Below are positions 23,080 to 32,286 of a stretch of DNA of 64,000 bases, in pieces. This DNA comes from Klebsiella pneumoniae (GTDB lineage Bacteria > Desulfobacterota > Binatia > UBA12015). Every line of letters starts with the position of its first letter. Position 1 is the first letter of the stretch. The position numbers were made by a program, and so were the translations under genes. A model generated the notes under the pieces. The model did not search any database. It was not told the DNA's origin and saw nothing but the letters and a program-made list of their open reading frames with translations. The stretch spans positions 68,265 through 132,264 of the forward strand of contig CAMBZJ010000004.1 of the NCBI GenBank assembly GCA_945872365.1, given 5' to 3'.

Positions 23080-24563
23080 GCGAGCCCTCGGCGGAGAAGC
23101 TTGGGGCGAGGGCGCCCCTCGTGGCGCCCTGGGCGTCGGGTCACGACTCCGCCGACCGGTTCCACGAGGAGTGCGGCGTCGTCGGCATCCACGGACACGC
23201 TGAAGCCTCCAACCTCGCCTATCTGGCGCTCTACTCGATGCAGCACCGCGGGCAGGAGTCGGCCGGTATCGTCTCGTCGCGCGGCGACGCCCTGATCTCC
23301 CATCGTGGTCTGGGCCTGGTCGCCGACGTTTTCAATCCCGACATCATCCACAGACTCACCGGGACGTCGGCGATCGGCCACAATCGCTACGCGACCCACG
23401 GTGAGACGGTCCTCAAGAACGCGCAGCCGCTGGTCGTCGAGTACTCCGGCGGGGCGCTCGCGATCGCCCACAACGGGAATCTCGTGAACGCCAACCAGGT
23501 ACGCGAGCGTCTCGAGTCCTCGGGGTCGATCTTCCAGTCGACCTCCGATACCGAGGTCATCATCCACCTGATCGCGCAATCGCGCGCGGGCACGCTGGTC
23601 GGTAAACTGGTCGAGGCGCTCCTGGAGGTGCGCGGCGCCTATTCCCTCGTGTTGTTGTCGCGCGACGAACTCATCGCCGTGCGCGATCCGCACGGGCTCC
23701 GGCCGCTGGTGCTCGGGCGGGTGAAGGACGCCTGGGTCGTCGTCTCGGAAACCTGCGCGCTCGACTTGATCAACGCGGATTACGTGCGCGAGGTCGAGCC
23801 GGGCGAGATCCTCGTCGTCAATTCCCGGGGACTCCAGTCGCACCGTCTCCTGCCGGCGGGCGAACCCCACCACTGCGTCTTCGAGTACGTCTACTTCGCC
23901 CGCCCCGACAGCCGGGTCTTCGGGCGCACCGTCTACCAAGTGCGCCGGGAACTCGGCCGGCAACTCGCGCGCGAGAGCCACGTTCCCTCGGACCTGGTGA
24001 TCCCGGTGCCGGACTCCGGGGTGCCTGCGGCACTCGGCTATGCGGAGCAGGCGGGCGTCCCCTACGAGATGGGATTGATCCGCAACCACTACGTCGGGCG
24101 GACGTTCATCGAGCCGACCGACTCGATCCGCCACTTCGGCGTTCGGGTCAAGCTCAACGCGATGCCCGAACTGCTCCTCGACAAGCGCGTGATCGTCGTC
24201 GACGACTCCCTGGTGCGGGGGACGACCAGCAAGAAGATCGTCGCGATGATCCGCTTGGCGGGTGCGCGAGAGGTCCACATGCGGATCAGTTCGCCGCCCA
24301 CGATCTCGCCTTGCTACTACGGGATCGACACCCCGACGCGCGAGGAACTCATCGCGGCCTCGCAGTCGGTCGAGGAGATTCGCCGCTTCATCGGCGCGGA
24401 TTCGCTCGCCTACCTGAGCGAGGAAGGTCTGTTCGCGTTCGACCCGAGTCAGCGCACGCGCTTCTGCAGCGCCTGCTTCACCGGGCACTACCCGGTTGAA
24501 GTGGACGAGATGGCTGAGCCGCGGCAGTTGAAGCTCTTCGACGCCTCCGCGCGTCGCCGGTGA
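23076..24563 (+). CDS. purF: Amidophosphoribosyltransferase
   Basis: GTGA overlap with the purL stop; CGVVGIHGH Ntn-hydrolase N-terminus and PRTase domain [14 protein letters not shown]. Confidence 0.92.
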   Translation: MSEPSAEKLGARAPLVAPWASGHDSADRFHEECGVVGIHGHAEASNLAYLALYSMQHRGQESAGIVSSRGDALISHRGLGLVADVFNPDIIHRLTGTSAIGHNRYATHGETVLKNAQPLVVEYSGGALAIAHNGNLVNANQVRERLESSGSIFQSTSDTEVIIHLIAQSRAGTLVGKLVEALLEVRGAYSLVLLSRDELIAVRDPHGLRPLVLGRVKDAWVVVSETCALDLINADYVREVEPGEILVVNSRGLQSHRLLPAGEPHHCVFEYVYFARPDSRVFGRTVYQVRRELGRQLARESHVPSDLVIPVPDSGVPAALGYAEQAGVPYEMGLIRNHYVGRTFIEPTDSIRHFGVRVKLNAMPELLLDKRVIVVDDSLVRGTTSKKIVAMIRLAGAREVHMRISSPPTISPCYYGIDTPTREELIAASQSVEEIRRFIGADSLAYLSEEGLFAFDPSQRTRFCSACFTGHYPVEVDEMAEPRQLKLFDASARRR

Positions 24564-26201
24564 TCAGCCGGCATGCCAGGGAACCGGGCGCTGCGAGATC
24601 GGGTCGCGCACCAGGATCGAGTCGTGCTTCCAGTGCACGTCGTCGGTCTCGGGGCAGTCGACATTGAAGTGGAGGCCCCGGCTTTCGCGCCGCTGTGCGG
24701 CCGACGCGATGATGAGGTCGGCGACCGTCGCCAGATTACGCACTTCGAGCGAGTCGGCTGTGGGGAGAAAGTCCCAGTAATCGTCCCGTATCTCGTCGAG
24801 CACCAGGTCGATCCGGGCGCGGGCGCGCGCGAGCCGGCGATCGCTGCGGACGATGCCGACGTAGTTCCACATGAAGCGGCGGATCTCCTCCCAGCTCTGG
24901 CTCACCAGCACCGACTCGTCGCTCGACCGGGCACTTCCGGGGTTCCAGGCGGGGATGCCGGGAGGCGGCTCCTGATCCGCGGCGAGGCGCAAGCCGGCGT
25001 CCTCCGCGGCCCGGTGCCCGAAGACGAGTCCCTCGAGCAGTGAGTTCGAGGCGAGGCGGTTGGCGCCGTGGAGGCCGGTGGAGGCGACTTCGCCGGCGGC
25101 CCAGAGTCCGTCGAGGCTCGTGCGGCCCCGGTCGTCGGTGAGGACTCCGCCGCAGGTGTAGTGGGCGGCGGGCACGACCGGGATCGGCTCGCGGGTGGGG
25201 TCGATCCCGTACTCGCGGCAGCGGGCGATGATGGTCGGAAAGCGCTGCTCGAGGAATCCGGCAGGGCGGTGCGAGATGTCGAGCAGTACGCAGTCGAAGC
25301 CGCGCGACTTCATCTCGCGATCGATCGCGCGTGCGACGATATCGCGCGGTGCGAGTTCGGCGCGCTTGTCGTAGGCGGCCATGAACGGCGTTCCGTCGGG
25401 ACGCTTGAGGACGCCGCCTTCGCCGCGCACCGTCTCGCTGATGAGGAACGACTTGGCCAGCGGATGGTAGAGGCAGGTCGGGTGGAACTGGATGAACTCC
25501 ATGTTCGCGATCGGCGCGCCCGCGCGGTAAGCGATCGCGACGCCGTCGCCGGTCGCGACGTCGGGATTGCTGGTGTACAGGTAGACCTTGCCGGCGCCGC
25601 CGGTTGCGAGAATGGTGGTGCGGGCGCGCAGCGTCAGGACACCGCCCGATTGCTTGTCGAGCGCGTAGGCGCCCCAGCATCGCGGCGGCCCGGGCAGGCC
25701 GAACTTGGTGCTCACCAGGAGGTCGACCGCGAGCGTCTGCTCGAGGATGCTGATCGAAGGCCGGGCGTGAACCGCCTCGATCAGCGCCCGCATCATCTCG
25801 TGCCCGGTCGAATCGAGGGCGTGGAGGATGCGCCGCCTGGAGTGGCCGCCCTCGAGGCTGAGATCGACGTCATAGGCGTCGTCGGCGTCGGGTCGCAGCG
25901 AGAATCGGGTGCCGAGCGCGATCATGTCCCGCACCCGCCGTGGACCCTCCTCGACGACGAGTCGCACGATGTCGGGGTGACAGAGACCGGCTCCCGCGAC
26001 CTCGGTGTCGGTGGCGTGCGAGTCGAGTGAGTCGTCCGGACTCCAGACCGAGGCGATGCCACCCTGCGCCCAGTCGCTCGACCCCTCGGGAAGGCGGGCC
26101 TTGGTGACGACGCAGACGCTGCCATGGCGGGAGGCCTCGAGTGCCGCTGCCATGCCGGCGATGCCGCTGCCCAGTACCAGGAAGTCGAAGTCTCGGGTCA
26201 T
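24564..26201 (-). CDS. nadB: L-aspartate oxidase
   Basis: MTRDFDFLVLGSGIAGMAAALEAS FAD fold; RAELAPRDIVARAI; its stop abuts the purF stop (TGATCA). Confidence 0.92.
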   Translation of the reverse strand: MTRDFDFLVLGSGIAGMAAALEASRHGSVCVVTKARLPEGSSDWAQGGIASVWSPDDSLDSHATDTEVAGAGLCHPDIVRLVVEEGPRRVRDMIALGTRFSLRPDADDAYDVDLSLEGGHSRRRILHALDSTGHEMMRALIEAVHARPSISILEQTLAVDLLVSTKFGLPGPPRCWGAYALDKQSGGVLTLRARTTILATGGAGKVYLYTSNPDVATGDGVAIAYRAGAPIANMEFIQFHPTCLYHPLAKSFLISETVRGEGGVLKRPDGTPFMAAYDKRAELAPRDIVARAIDREMKSRGFDCVLLDISHRPAGFLEQRFPTIIARCREYGIDPTREPIPVVPAAHYTCGGVLTDDRGRTSLDGLWAAGEVASTGLHGANRLASNSLLEGLVFGHRAAEDAGLRLAADQEPPPGIPAWNPGSARSSDESVLVSQSWEEIRRFMWNYVGIVRSDRRLARARARIDLVLDEIRDDYWDFLPTADSLEVRNLATVADLIIASAAQRRESRGLHFNVDCPETDDVHWKHDSILVRDPISQRPVPWHAG

Positions 26202-26402
26202 CGGCGTTGCCCGGTCACCATCTGTGCCGGGCCGGACCCCGGTACATCTATAAAACCTCCGGGGAAACCGCCCGCAAGTCCAGCGTCCCACCGCAGGTGC
26301 GGGCGGGCGACGGCCTCTCGGCGTGGATCGACCCGGTGCGTCAAGGAAAATGCCTTTCGCGGGTTTGACCCGGAGGGGGGTGCGCGGTTAGGTTCCGTCC
26401 CG

Positions 26403-27344
26403 ATGCAGGATGATCCGCTCTTCACCGATGGAGCGGCGTGCGGGGATGCAGGCGGATGCCGGCGAACCCTTCCCGCGGCAACTTTGGTGGCCCTCGTACT
26501 TGCGGCCTCGGCGATGTTCGGAACCTCCCCGGCCTTGGCCGGGGGCAAAAACCGAACAGCCGGCCCCGCGCGAGGCGACCGCGTCTACAGTTTCGTCGAC
26601 CGTGCGAACACGATCCATTTCAGCAACATCAGGCCCGAGGCCGACTCGCGCTGGAAGCCCCTGAGGGCGGCCCTCGGGACCGGGTCGGGTGGCGAGGTGT
26701 CACGCCTGATCTTCACCCCGGGGTCGGGCAAGCGCTTCCGCGTCCCCAAGGATCGGCTCGATCCGGCGAATCCGGCCTACGCGACGAACTTCGTCGGTCC
26801 GCCGTCGCCCCGGGCGCGCGGGGTGTCGGGCAGACTCGGCCCCGATGGGATGCCGCCCCGGGACCTGACGCGGATGATCGACCGGGCGGCGCAGCGCCAC
26901 GGGGTCGAGCCGGAACTCGTGCACGCCGTCGTACGAGCCGAGTCCGGGTACAACGACCAAGCCGTGTCGCGTGCGGGGGCGATGGGCCTCATGCAGCTCA
27001 TGCCGGGAACCGCGGACATGGTCGGGGTGAGCGACGCCTTCGAACCCGCGCAGAACGTCGAGGGTGGCACCCAATACCTGCGCATGATGCTCGATCGCTT
27101 CGGCAACGACTTGACGCTCGCGATCGCGGCGTACAACGCCGGGCCGTCGGCCGTGGAGAACTACGGCGGCGTGCCACCCTATCGCGAGACCCGCGAGTAC
27201 CTCGGTCGCGTGCTGCGATTCCGCGACGAGTTCCTCGCCAACCGGACACTCGATCGCGTGCGCAATCTCGATCGCGTGCGCAGTCTCGATCGCCAACCCA
27301 TCCGGCTCGCCCGCAGCTTCGGCTGGCCGGCGCCACGGCGCTAG
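26403..27344 (+). CDS. Lytic murein transglycosylase (SLT domain) with DUF4124-like N-terminal region
   Basis: ELVHAVVRAESGYNDQAVSRAGAMGLMQLMPGTA...AYNAGPSAV. A signal-peptide-like start is possible at TTG/GTG 26484/26487 (MVALVLAASAMFGTSPALA). Confidence 0.8.
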   Translation: MQDDPLFTDGAACGDAGGCRRTLPAATLVALVLAASAMFGTSPALAGGKNRTAGPARGDRVYSFVDRANTIHFSNIRPEADSRWKPLRAALGTGSGGEVSRLIFTPGSGKRFRVPKDRLDPANPAYATNFVGPPSPRARGVSGRLGPDGMPPRDLTRMIDRAAQRHGVEPELVHAVVRAESGYNDQAVSRAGAMGLMQLMPGTADMVGVSDAFEPAQNVEGGTQYLRMMLDRFGNDLTLAIAAYNAGPSAVENYGGVPPYRETREYLGRVLRFRDEFLANRTLDRVRNLDRVRSLDRQPIRLARSFGWPAPRR

Positions 27345-27355
27345 GTGGTCCGGGG

Positions 27356-27949
27356 ATGAAGGCGACGCCGTCCGCCACGACAGGCAGGGCGGCTGCCCTG
27401 AACCTCCCGAACGTCCTCTCGCTCGGGCGCCTGCTGGTCGCTCCGGTGCTCATCTGGTTGCTCACCGACTCGGGGCCGCGTGCGGCGGCAATCGGCGCGG
27501 TCATCTTCCTGCTCGCCTGCCTGAGCGATTGGCTCGACGGCTACCTGGCCCGAACGCGCGGTCTCACGACGCAATTGGGAAAGTTCCTCGACCCGCTCGC
27601 CGACAAGGTCCTCGTCATCAGCGCCCTCGTCATGCTCGCCGCGATGCCCGAGGGGCCGCGTGTACCCGCCTGGATGGTCGCGATCATCGCCGCCCGGGAA
27701 CTGGCGGTGACGGGACTCAGGACGATCGCCCTCGGCGAGGGGATCGTGCTCGGAGCCGAGTCGCTCGGCAAGGCGAAGATGACCTTCGAGGTAATCGCTC
27801 TCGTGCCGTTGATCGCCCGCTACCGGCTGGGTCCCATCGACCTCTTCCAGGCCGGCATGGTCTTCCTGTGGATCGCGCTCCTGGTCGCCCTGTGGTCGGG
27901 AATCGCCTATCCGGTGCGCCTCGTGCGGGCGCTCCAGCAGCGCGCCTGA
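27356..27949 (+). CDS. pgsA: CDP-diacylglycerol--glycerol-3-phosphate 3-phosphatidyltransferase
   Basis: CDP-alcohol phosphotransferase motif DWLDGYLAR...GKFLDPLADK. Confidence 0.88.
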   Translation: MKATPSATTGRAAALNLPNVLSLGRLLVAPVLIWLLTDSGPRAAAIGAVIFLLACLSDWLDGYLARTRGLTTQLGKFLDPLADKVLVISALVMLAAMPEGPRVPAWMVAIIAARELAVTGLRTIALGEGIVLGAESLGKAKMTFEVIALVPLIARYRLGPIDLFQAGMVFLWIALLVALWSGIAYPVRLVRALQQRA

Positions 27950-28007
27950 CCCTCGTGTCGCCTTGCGCCCGGGCAGCGAGGGGGGTATCGTCTCGAGCGT
28001 CGGGCGG

Positions 28008-28120
28008 GTGAGTGATAGCTAGGTCCCGCGCAAGAGCGGGTCGCGAACCCCGCCAGGCCCGGAAGGGAGCAACGGTCCCGATTTCTCTCTGTGCCGCGGG
28101 GGTGCCTAGCTATCACTGAC
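28008..28120 (+). ncRNA. ffs: Signal recognition particle RNA (small 4.5S type)
   Basis: Conserved domain-IV core CCAGGCCCGGAAGGGAGCAACGG (compare E. coli CAGGUCCGGAAGGAAGCAGCC). A perfect 12-bp terminal helix GTGATAGCTAGG...CCTAGCTATCAC closes the molecule. It lies immediately upstream of dnaX, the canonical ffs-dnaX-ybaB-recR arrangement. The boundaries are read by eye, so the exact 5' and 3' ends may differ by a few nt. Confidence 0.8.
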
Positions 28121-28212
28121 CTTCCCGAACGTCGCGCCCCAGCCCCCTCTCCGGCGCGACTCTCCGCACGGCGCGGACTTTCCAGGGAGGGGCGCGAGGC
28201 GGATCGGCCGAG

Positions 28213-30054
28213 ATGAGCGGCGAGGCGGAGTTGTTTCCCACGACTGGTGCCCCGGCGCAGGCCGGCGGCGCTTACCAGGTGCTCGCTCGTCGCGCCCGAC
28301 CGCAGACCTTCGCCGACGTCGTCGGCCAGGAGCACGTCACCCAGACGCTGGTGAATGCGATCCGTGCCGGGCGCGTGGCTCACGCCTTCGTCTTCAGCGG
28401 CATGCGCGGCGTGGGGAAGACGACGACCGCGCGCATTCTCGCCAAGGCGCTCAACTGCGAAAACGGGCCCACGGCGGAACCCTGCAATCGCTGCATCAAT
28501 TGCATGGAGATCACCGAGGGGCGATCGCTCGACGTCTTCGAGGTGGATGCCGCATCGCAGACCGGCATCGACGCCGCGCGCGAACTGCTGGAAACCGTCA
28601 AGTACCAGCCGGCCTCCGGGCGCCACCGCATCTACATCATCGACGAGGCGCATGGCCTGTCCAAGCAGGCTATCGACGCCTTCCTGAAGACGCTCGAAGA
28701 GCCGCCGCCGCACGTGAAGTTCATCCTCGCGACGACGGCTGCCCACAAGCTCCCCGCGACCGTCCTCTCGCGCTGCCAGCGCTATGATTTTCGCGCCGTG
28801 GCCGGCGAGACCGTGGCGGCGGCGCTCGGTGCGATCGCCACCCGCGAGGGCGTGGAGGCGGATCCGGAGGCGCTGCTCGCGATCGCGCGCGAATCGGGTG
28901 GGAGCATGCGCGACGCGACCTCGCTGCTCGACCAGGTGCTCGCCTTCGCCGGTGGCCGGATCGATGCGGCTGCGATCGCGGAGTCGCTCGGACTGCCGGA
29001 TCGACGCGCGGTGCGGGAACTGCTGGCCGCGGTGGCGGCGCGCTCCGCGTCGGACGCGCTCGAGGTGCTCGCCCGGGTCCAGGCGCAGGGCACCGACTTG
29101 TCGCGGCTCTGTGCGGACCTGCTCGAACGCATCCGCAACCTGAGCATTCTGGCGGCCGCCGGCAAGGGGGTCCTCACCGACCTGCAGCCTGCCGAGATCG
29201 AGGAGTTGGAGGCGGCGGGCAAGGGGATCGACCCGGCCGATCTCCAGCGCTGGTTCCGGATCGTGCTCGATACGCTCGGCGACATCGCACGCGCCCCCGA
29301 CCCGAGACTCGTCGTCGAGATGGCGGTGGTCCGCATGGCGGTGCTCACGCCACTGGTCGGGATCGGCGAACTGGTCGTGCGGCTCGAAGCGATCGAGAGC
29401 GGGAGCGCGGGTGGGAGTGCACCGCCGGCGGCATCGCGCCCGTCGTCCGGCGGCGGATGGCGCTCGACGGCGGCGTTGCCCACGACGACCGCGGCGCCGC
29501 TGCGCCCCGCGACGGCAGCGGGGGCGCGCTCCGGCGGCGCCGTGATCGCCGCACCCACCGCGGCCAGCGGTATCGGAGAGTCGGTGGACGACGGGACACG
29601 CGTCATGGAGCGCCCCGCGGACTCGACCGGTCCGGCATCGGCGGCGGGCGCCTCGACGGCGAGTGCTTCCGACGAGGCGCGCTGGCAGCACCTCGTCGAG
29701 GGGCTGCAGCGCGAGCGGGCCGCCAAGTTCTTCCGCCTGTCTTACAGTCGACTTCTCTCGATCGACGACGAGGAGGCGCGCGTGGCGGTGACCGGGCGCG
29801 AGGCCGTGACGGCGCTTTCCGAACGCGAGGTGCGCGCGGCCGTCGAGGCGGCGATCGAGCGCACCTTCGGGCGGCGGGTCCGCTTCGCGCCGATGGTCCC
29901 GGGTCCGGGGCCGGGGGATGCGACCGGTCCTGCGCCGGCGCGGCCCGAGACCAAGACGCTCGATCGCCAGGCGCGCGAGGACCCGCTCGTTCAGGCGAGC
30001 GTCGAGATCCTCGAAGGTACGGTCGAGGCGGTCGTGCCGCGCAATCGGCGCTGA
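28213..30054 (+). CDS. dnaX: DNA polymerase III subunits gamma/tau
   Basis: AAA+ motifs GMRGVGKTTTARILAKALNCE, IYIIDEAH; Pro/Ala-rich tau linker. Confidence 0.93.
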   Translation: MSGEAELFPTTGAPAQAGGAYQVLARRARPQTFADVVGQEHVTQTLVNAIRAGRVAHAFVFSGMRGVGKTTTARILAKALNCENGPTAEPCNRCINCMEITEGRSLDVFEVDAASQTGIDAARELLETVKYQPASGRHRIYIIDEAHGLSKQAIDAFLKTLEEPPPHVKFILATTAAHKLPATVLSRCQRYDFRAVAGETVAAALGAIATREGVEADPEALLAIARESGGSMRDATSLLDQVLAFAGGRIDAAAIAESLGLPDRRAVRELLAAVAARSASDALEVLARVQAQGTDLSRLCADLLERIRNLSILAAAGKGVLTDLQPAEIEELEAAGKGIDPADLQRWFRIVLDTLGDIARAPDPRLVVEMAVVRMAVLTPLVGIGELVVRLEAIESGSAGGSAPPAASRPSSGGGWRSTAALPTTTAAPLRPATAAGARSGGAVIAAPTAASGIGESVDDGTRVMERPADSTGPASAAGASTASASDEARWQHLVEGLQRERAAKFFRLSYSRLLSIDDEEARVAVTGREAVTALSEREVRAAVEAAIERTFGRRVRFAPMVPGPGPGDATGPAPARPETKTLDRQAREDPLVQASVEILEGTVEAVVPRNRR

Positions 30055-30093
30055 TCCGGCGCCGCCTCCGGCGATGCGAGGAAGGGGGAGGGT

Positions 30094-30423
30094 ATGGCGA
30101 AGGGCTTCGAGATCCCGGGTCTCGGCGACCTGGTGGAGCAGGCGAAGGCGATGCAGGAACGCCTCGCCTCGGCGCAGGCCGAGGTCGGTCTGCGGGTGGT
30201 CGAGGCTTCGGCCGGTGGCGGCATGGTGACCGCACGCATGAACGGCCGCCTGGAATTGCTCGCGATCACGATCGATCCGAAGGTCGTCGCGGCGGGCGAT
30301 CGAGAGATGTTGCAGGACCTCGTCGTCGCCGCCGTGAACCAGGCCGTGAAGAAGGGGCAGGAGATGATGGCCGAGGAGATGAAGAAACTCACCGGCGGGC
30401 TGCGCATCCCGGGTCTGGGCTGA
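30094..30423 (+). CDS. ybaB: Nucleoid-associated protein YbaB/EbfC
   Basis: 109 aa; MQERLASAQAEV...; conserved position after dnaX. Confidence 0.9.
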   Translation: MAKGFEIPGLGDLVEQAKAMQERLASAQAEVGLRVVEASAGGGMVTARMNGRLELLAITIDPKVVAAGDREMLQDLVVAAVNQAVKKGQEMMAEEMKKLTGGLRIPGLG

Positions 30424-30435
30424 TCGGAGCCATCG

Positions 30436-31038
30436 GTGTCGTCGGAACTCACGCCATCGATGCAGCGGCTGGTAGAGGAGTTCAAGCGACTGCCGGGTGT
30501 CGGCGAGAAGACGGCATTGCGGCTCGCTTTCTTCGTGCTGCGCACCGAGTCGTCGTTCGCGGCTCACTTCGCCCAGGCCCTGCTCGGGGTGAAGGAGCAA
30601 AGCCGCCTGTGCTCCGTTTGTTTCGGGTTGACCGAGCGCGATCCCTGCCCGATCTGCTTGGACCCCCGGCGCAAGCCCGAGGAAGTATGCGTGGTCGAGG
30701 AACCGGCCGACTTGATGGCCTTCGAGCGGGCGCGGGAATACCGCGGTCGCTACCATGTGCTCGGTGGCGCGCTGGCGCCCCTCGATGGTGTCGGGCCCGA
30801 GCACCTGCGCTGCGGCGAACTGGTCGAGCGGGTGCGGGCTGGGGGTATCGCCGAGGTGATCGTTGCGACGAATCCGACGCCCGAGGGAGAAGCGACCGCC
30901 CTCTACGTCGCGCGCATGCTCAAGCCGCTCGGGGTGCGGGTGACGCGGATCGCCCGAGGGCTGCCGATGGGCGGGGACGTGGAGTACACCGACGTCGTTA
31001 CCCTGACGAAGTCGCTCGAGGGCCGTCAGGAGATGTGA
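30436..31038 (+). CDS. recR: Recombination protein RecR
   Basis: LPGVGEKTALRLAFF HhH; C4 zinc finger CSVCFGLTERDPCPIC; Toprim domain. Confidence 0.93.
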   Translation: MSSELTPSMQRLVEEFKRLPGVGEKTALRLAFFVLRTESSFAAHFAQALLGVKEQSRLCSVCFGLTERDPCPICLDPRRKPEEVCVVEEPADLMAFERAREYRGRYHVLGGALAPLDGVGPEHLRCGELVERVRAGGIAEVIVATNPTPEGEATALYVARMLKPLGVRVTRIARGLPMGGDVEYTDVVTLTKSLEGRQEM

Positions 31039-31107
31039 GCGGGGGCCAGGACTTTCGAGGGGTCATTGGTTGAGGCTCCCGGCCGATGTTGCTAGGCAAG
31101 GGCGCTC

Positions 31108-32121
31108 ATGGCCGAGTCTTCCAAAACGCCCCCGAAGCCCGCTGGGGCCCCCGCGACCGGCCGCAAGGCCGTCGTGGCCCCGGTGAAGCAGGATTACTCG
31201 TTCACGACCCTGGTTCCCAGGGACGTGAACATCGACTTCGTGGGCAAGAGGAAGTTCTTCCTCCTGCTCTCGACCCTGCTGAACCTGGCGGCGATCGGGT
31301 TGCTGCTCACCCGCGGGCTCAACCTGGGCATCGACTTCAAGGGCGGCACCGACATCCGCCTGCGGTTCTCCGAGCAGACCACGGCTTCGGCGGTGCGCGA
31401 CGAACTCGCGGAGTTGAACCTCCGCGACCTGACGGTTCAGGACTTCGGCGAACAGGGCAAGGAGTTCCTCCTGCGCTTCGAGACGCAGGAAGGCCAGGAA
31501 ATGGCGACCATCACCGACACGCTGAAGGCCCTTCTCCAGAAGGGCCATCCCGGCGACGAGTCGTTCGAGATCCTGAGCGTCGAGAGCGTGGGGCCGCGTG
31601 TCGGGTCGGAATTGCGCAGGCGCGGCTTCATGGCGGTAGCGGTAGCGACGCTCTTCATGGGCTTCTACGTCGCGATACGTTTCGACCTGAGCTTTGGCGT
31701 GGGCGCCGTGATCGCGCTGATCCACGACGTGCTCATCACCCTCGGAGCCCTCATCCTGACGCGCATGGCGTTCGACCTGACGACGCTCGCCGCGGTGCTT
31801 ACGGTGGTCGGCTTCTCCATTCACGACACGATCATCGTATCGGACCGCATCCGCGAGAAGTTGCGCAAGGACCGCAAGGCACCCCTGGCCCAGATCATCA
31901 ACCAGAGCATCAACGAGACGCTTTCGCGCACGCTGCTCACCACCGGCACCGCGCTCCTCGTCCTGCTCGCGCTCCTGTTCCTCGGCGGCAAGGGATTGCA
32001 GCCGTTCGCGGTCGCGCTCATCGTCGGTTTCATCACGGGCACGTACTCGTCGATCTACATCGCGGCCCCGGTCGTGTTGTTCTGGGCGGACCGGCTCAAG
32101 ATGGGCGCGAACAAGGCCTGA
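31108..32121 (+). CDS. secF: Protein-export membrane protein SecF
   Basis: IDFVGKRKFFLLLSTLL...GIDFKGGT and C-terminal 6-TM region; no secD adjacent. Confidence 0.85.
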   Translation: MAESSKTPPKPAGAPATGRKAVVAPVKQDYSFTTLVPRDVNIDFVGKRKFFLLLSTLLNLAAIGLLLTRGLNLGIDFKGGTDIRLRFSEQTTASAVRDELAELNLRDLTVQDFGEQGKEFLLRFETQEGQEMATITDTLKALLQKGHPGDESFEILSVESVGPRVGSELRRRGFMAVAVATLFMGFYVAIRFDLSFGVGAVIALIHDVLITLGALILTRMAFDLTTLAAVLTVVGFSIHDTIIVSDRIREKLRKDRKAPLAQIINQSINETLSRTLLTTGTALLVLLALLFLGGKGLQPFAVALIVGFITGTYSSIYIAAPVVLFWADRLKMGANKA

Positions 32122-32187
32122 ATCCGTGCGCGCGCCTGGGGATGGTGCGAGCTCGCGCCGTCGCAGCCCGTGCCCGTTCCGTCGCAC

Positions 32188-32261
32188 GCCCCCGTAGCTC
32201 AGGTGGATAGAGCACAGGATTCCTAATCCTGGGGTCCCGCGTTCGAATCGCGGCGGGGGCA
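32188..32261 (+). tRNA. tRNA-Arg (anticodon CCT)
   Basis: Cloverleaf folded by hand: acceptor GCCCCCG/CGGGGGC; D arm GCTC...GAGC; anticodon stem CAGGA/TCCTG with loop TTCCTAA; T arm CCGCG-TTCGAAT-CGCGG; 74 nt, CCA not encoded. Confidence 0.9.
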
Positions 32262-32286
32262 TGACGGGGCGTTCGCGGCGAGACAC

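Noticed and set aside
28213-30054. Programmed -1 frameshift site (A AAA AAG type) for the dnaX gamma subunit
   Set aside because: No heptanucleotide slippery run was seen in this GC-rich gene. Gamma, if made, must arise differently, or only tau is produced.
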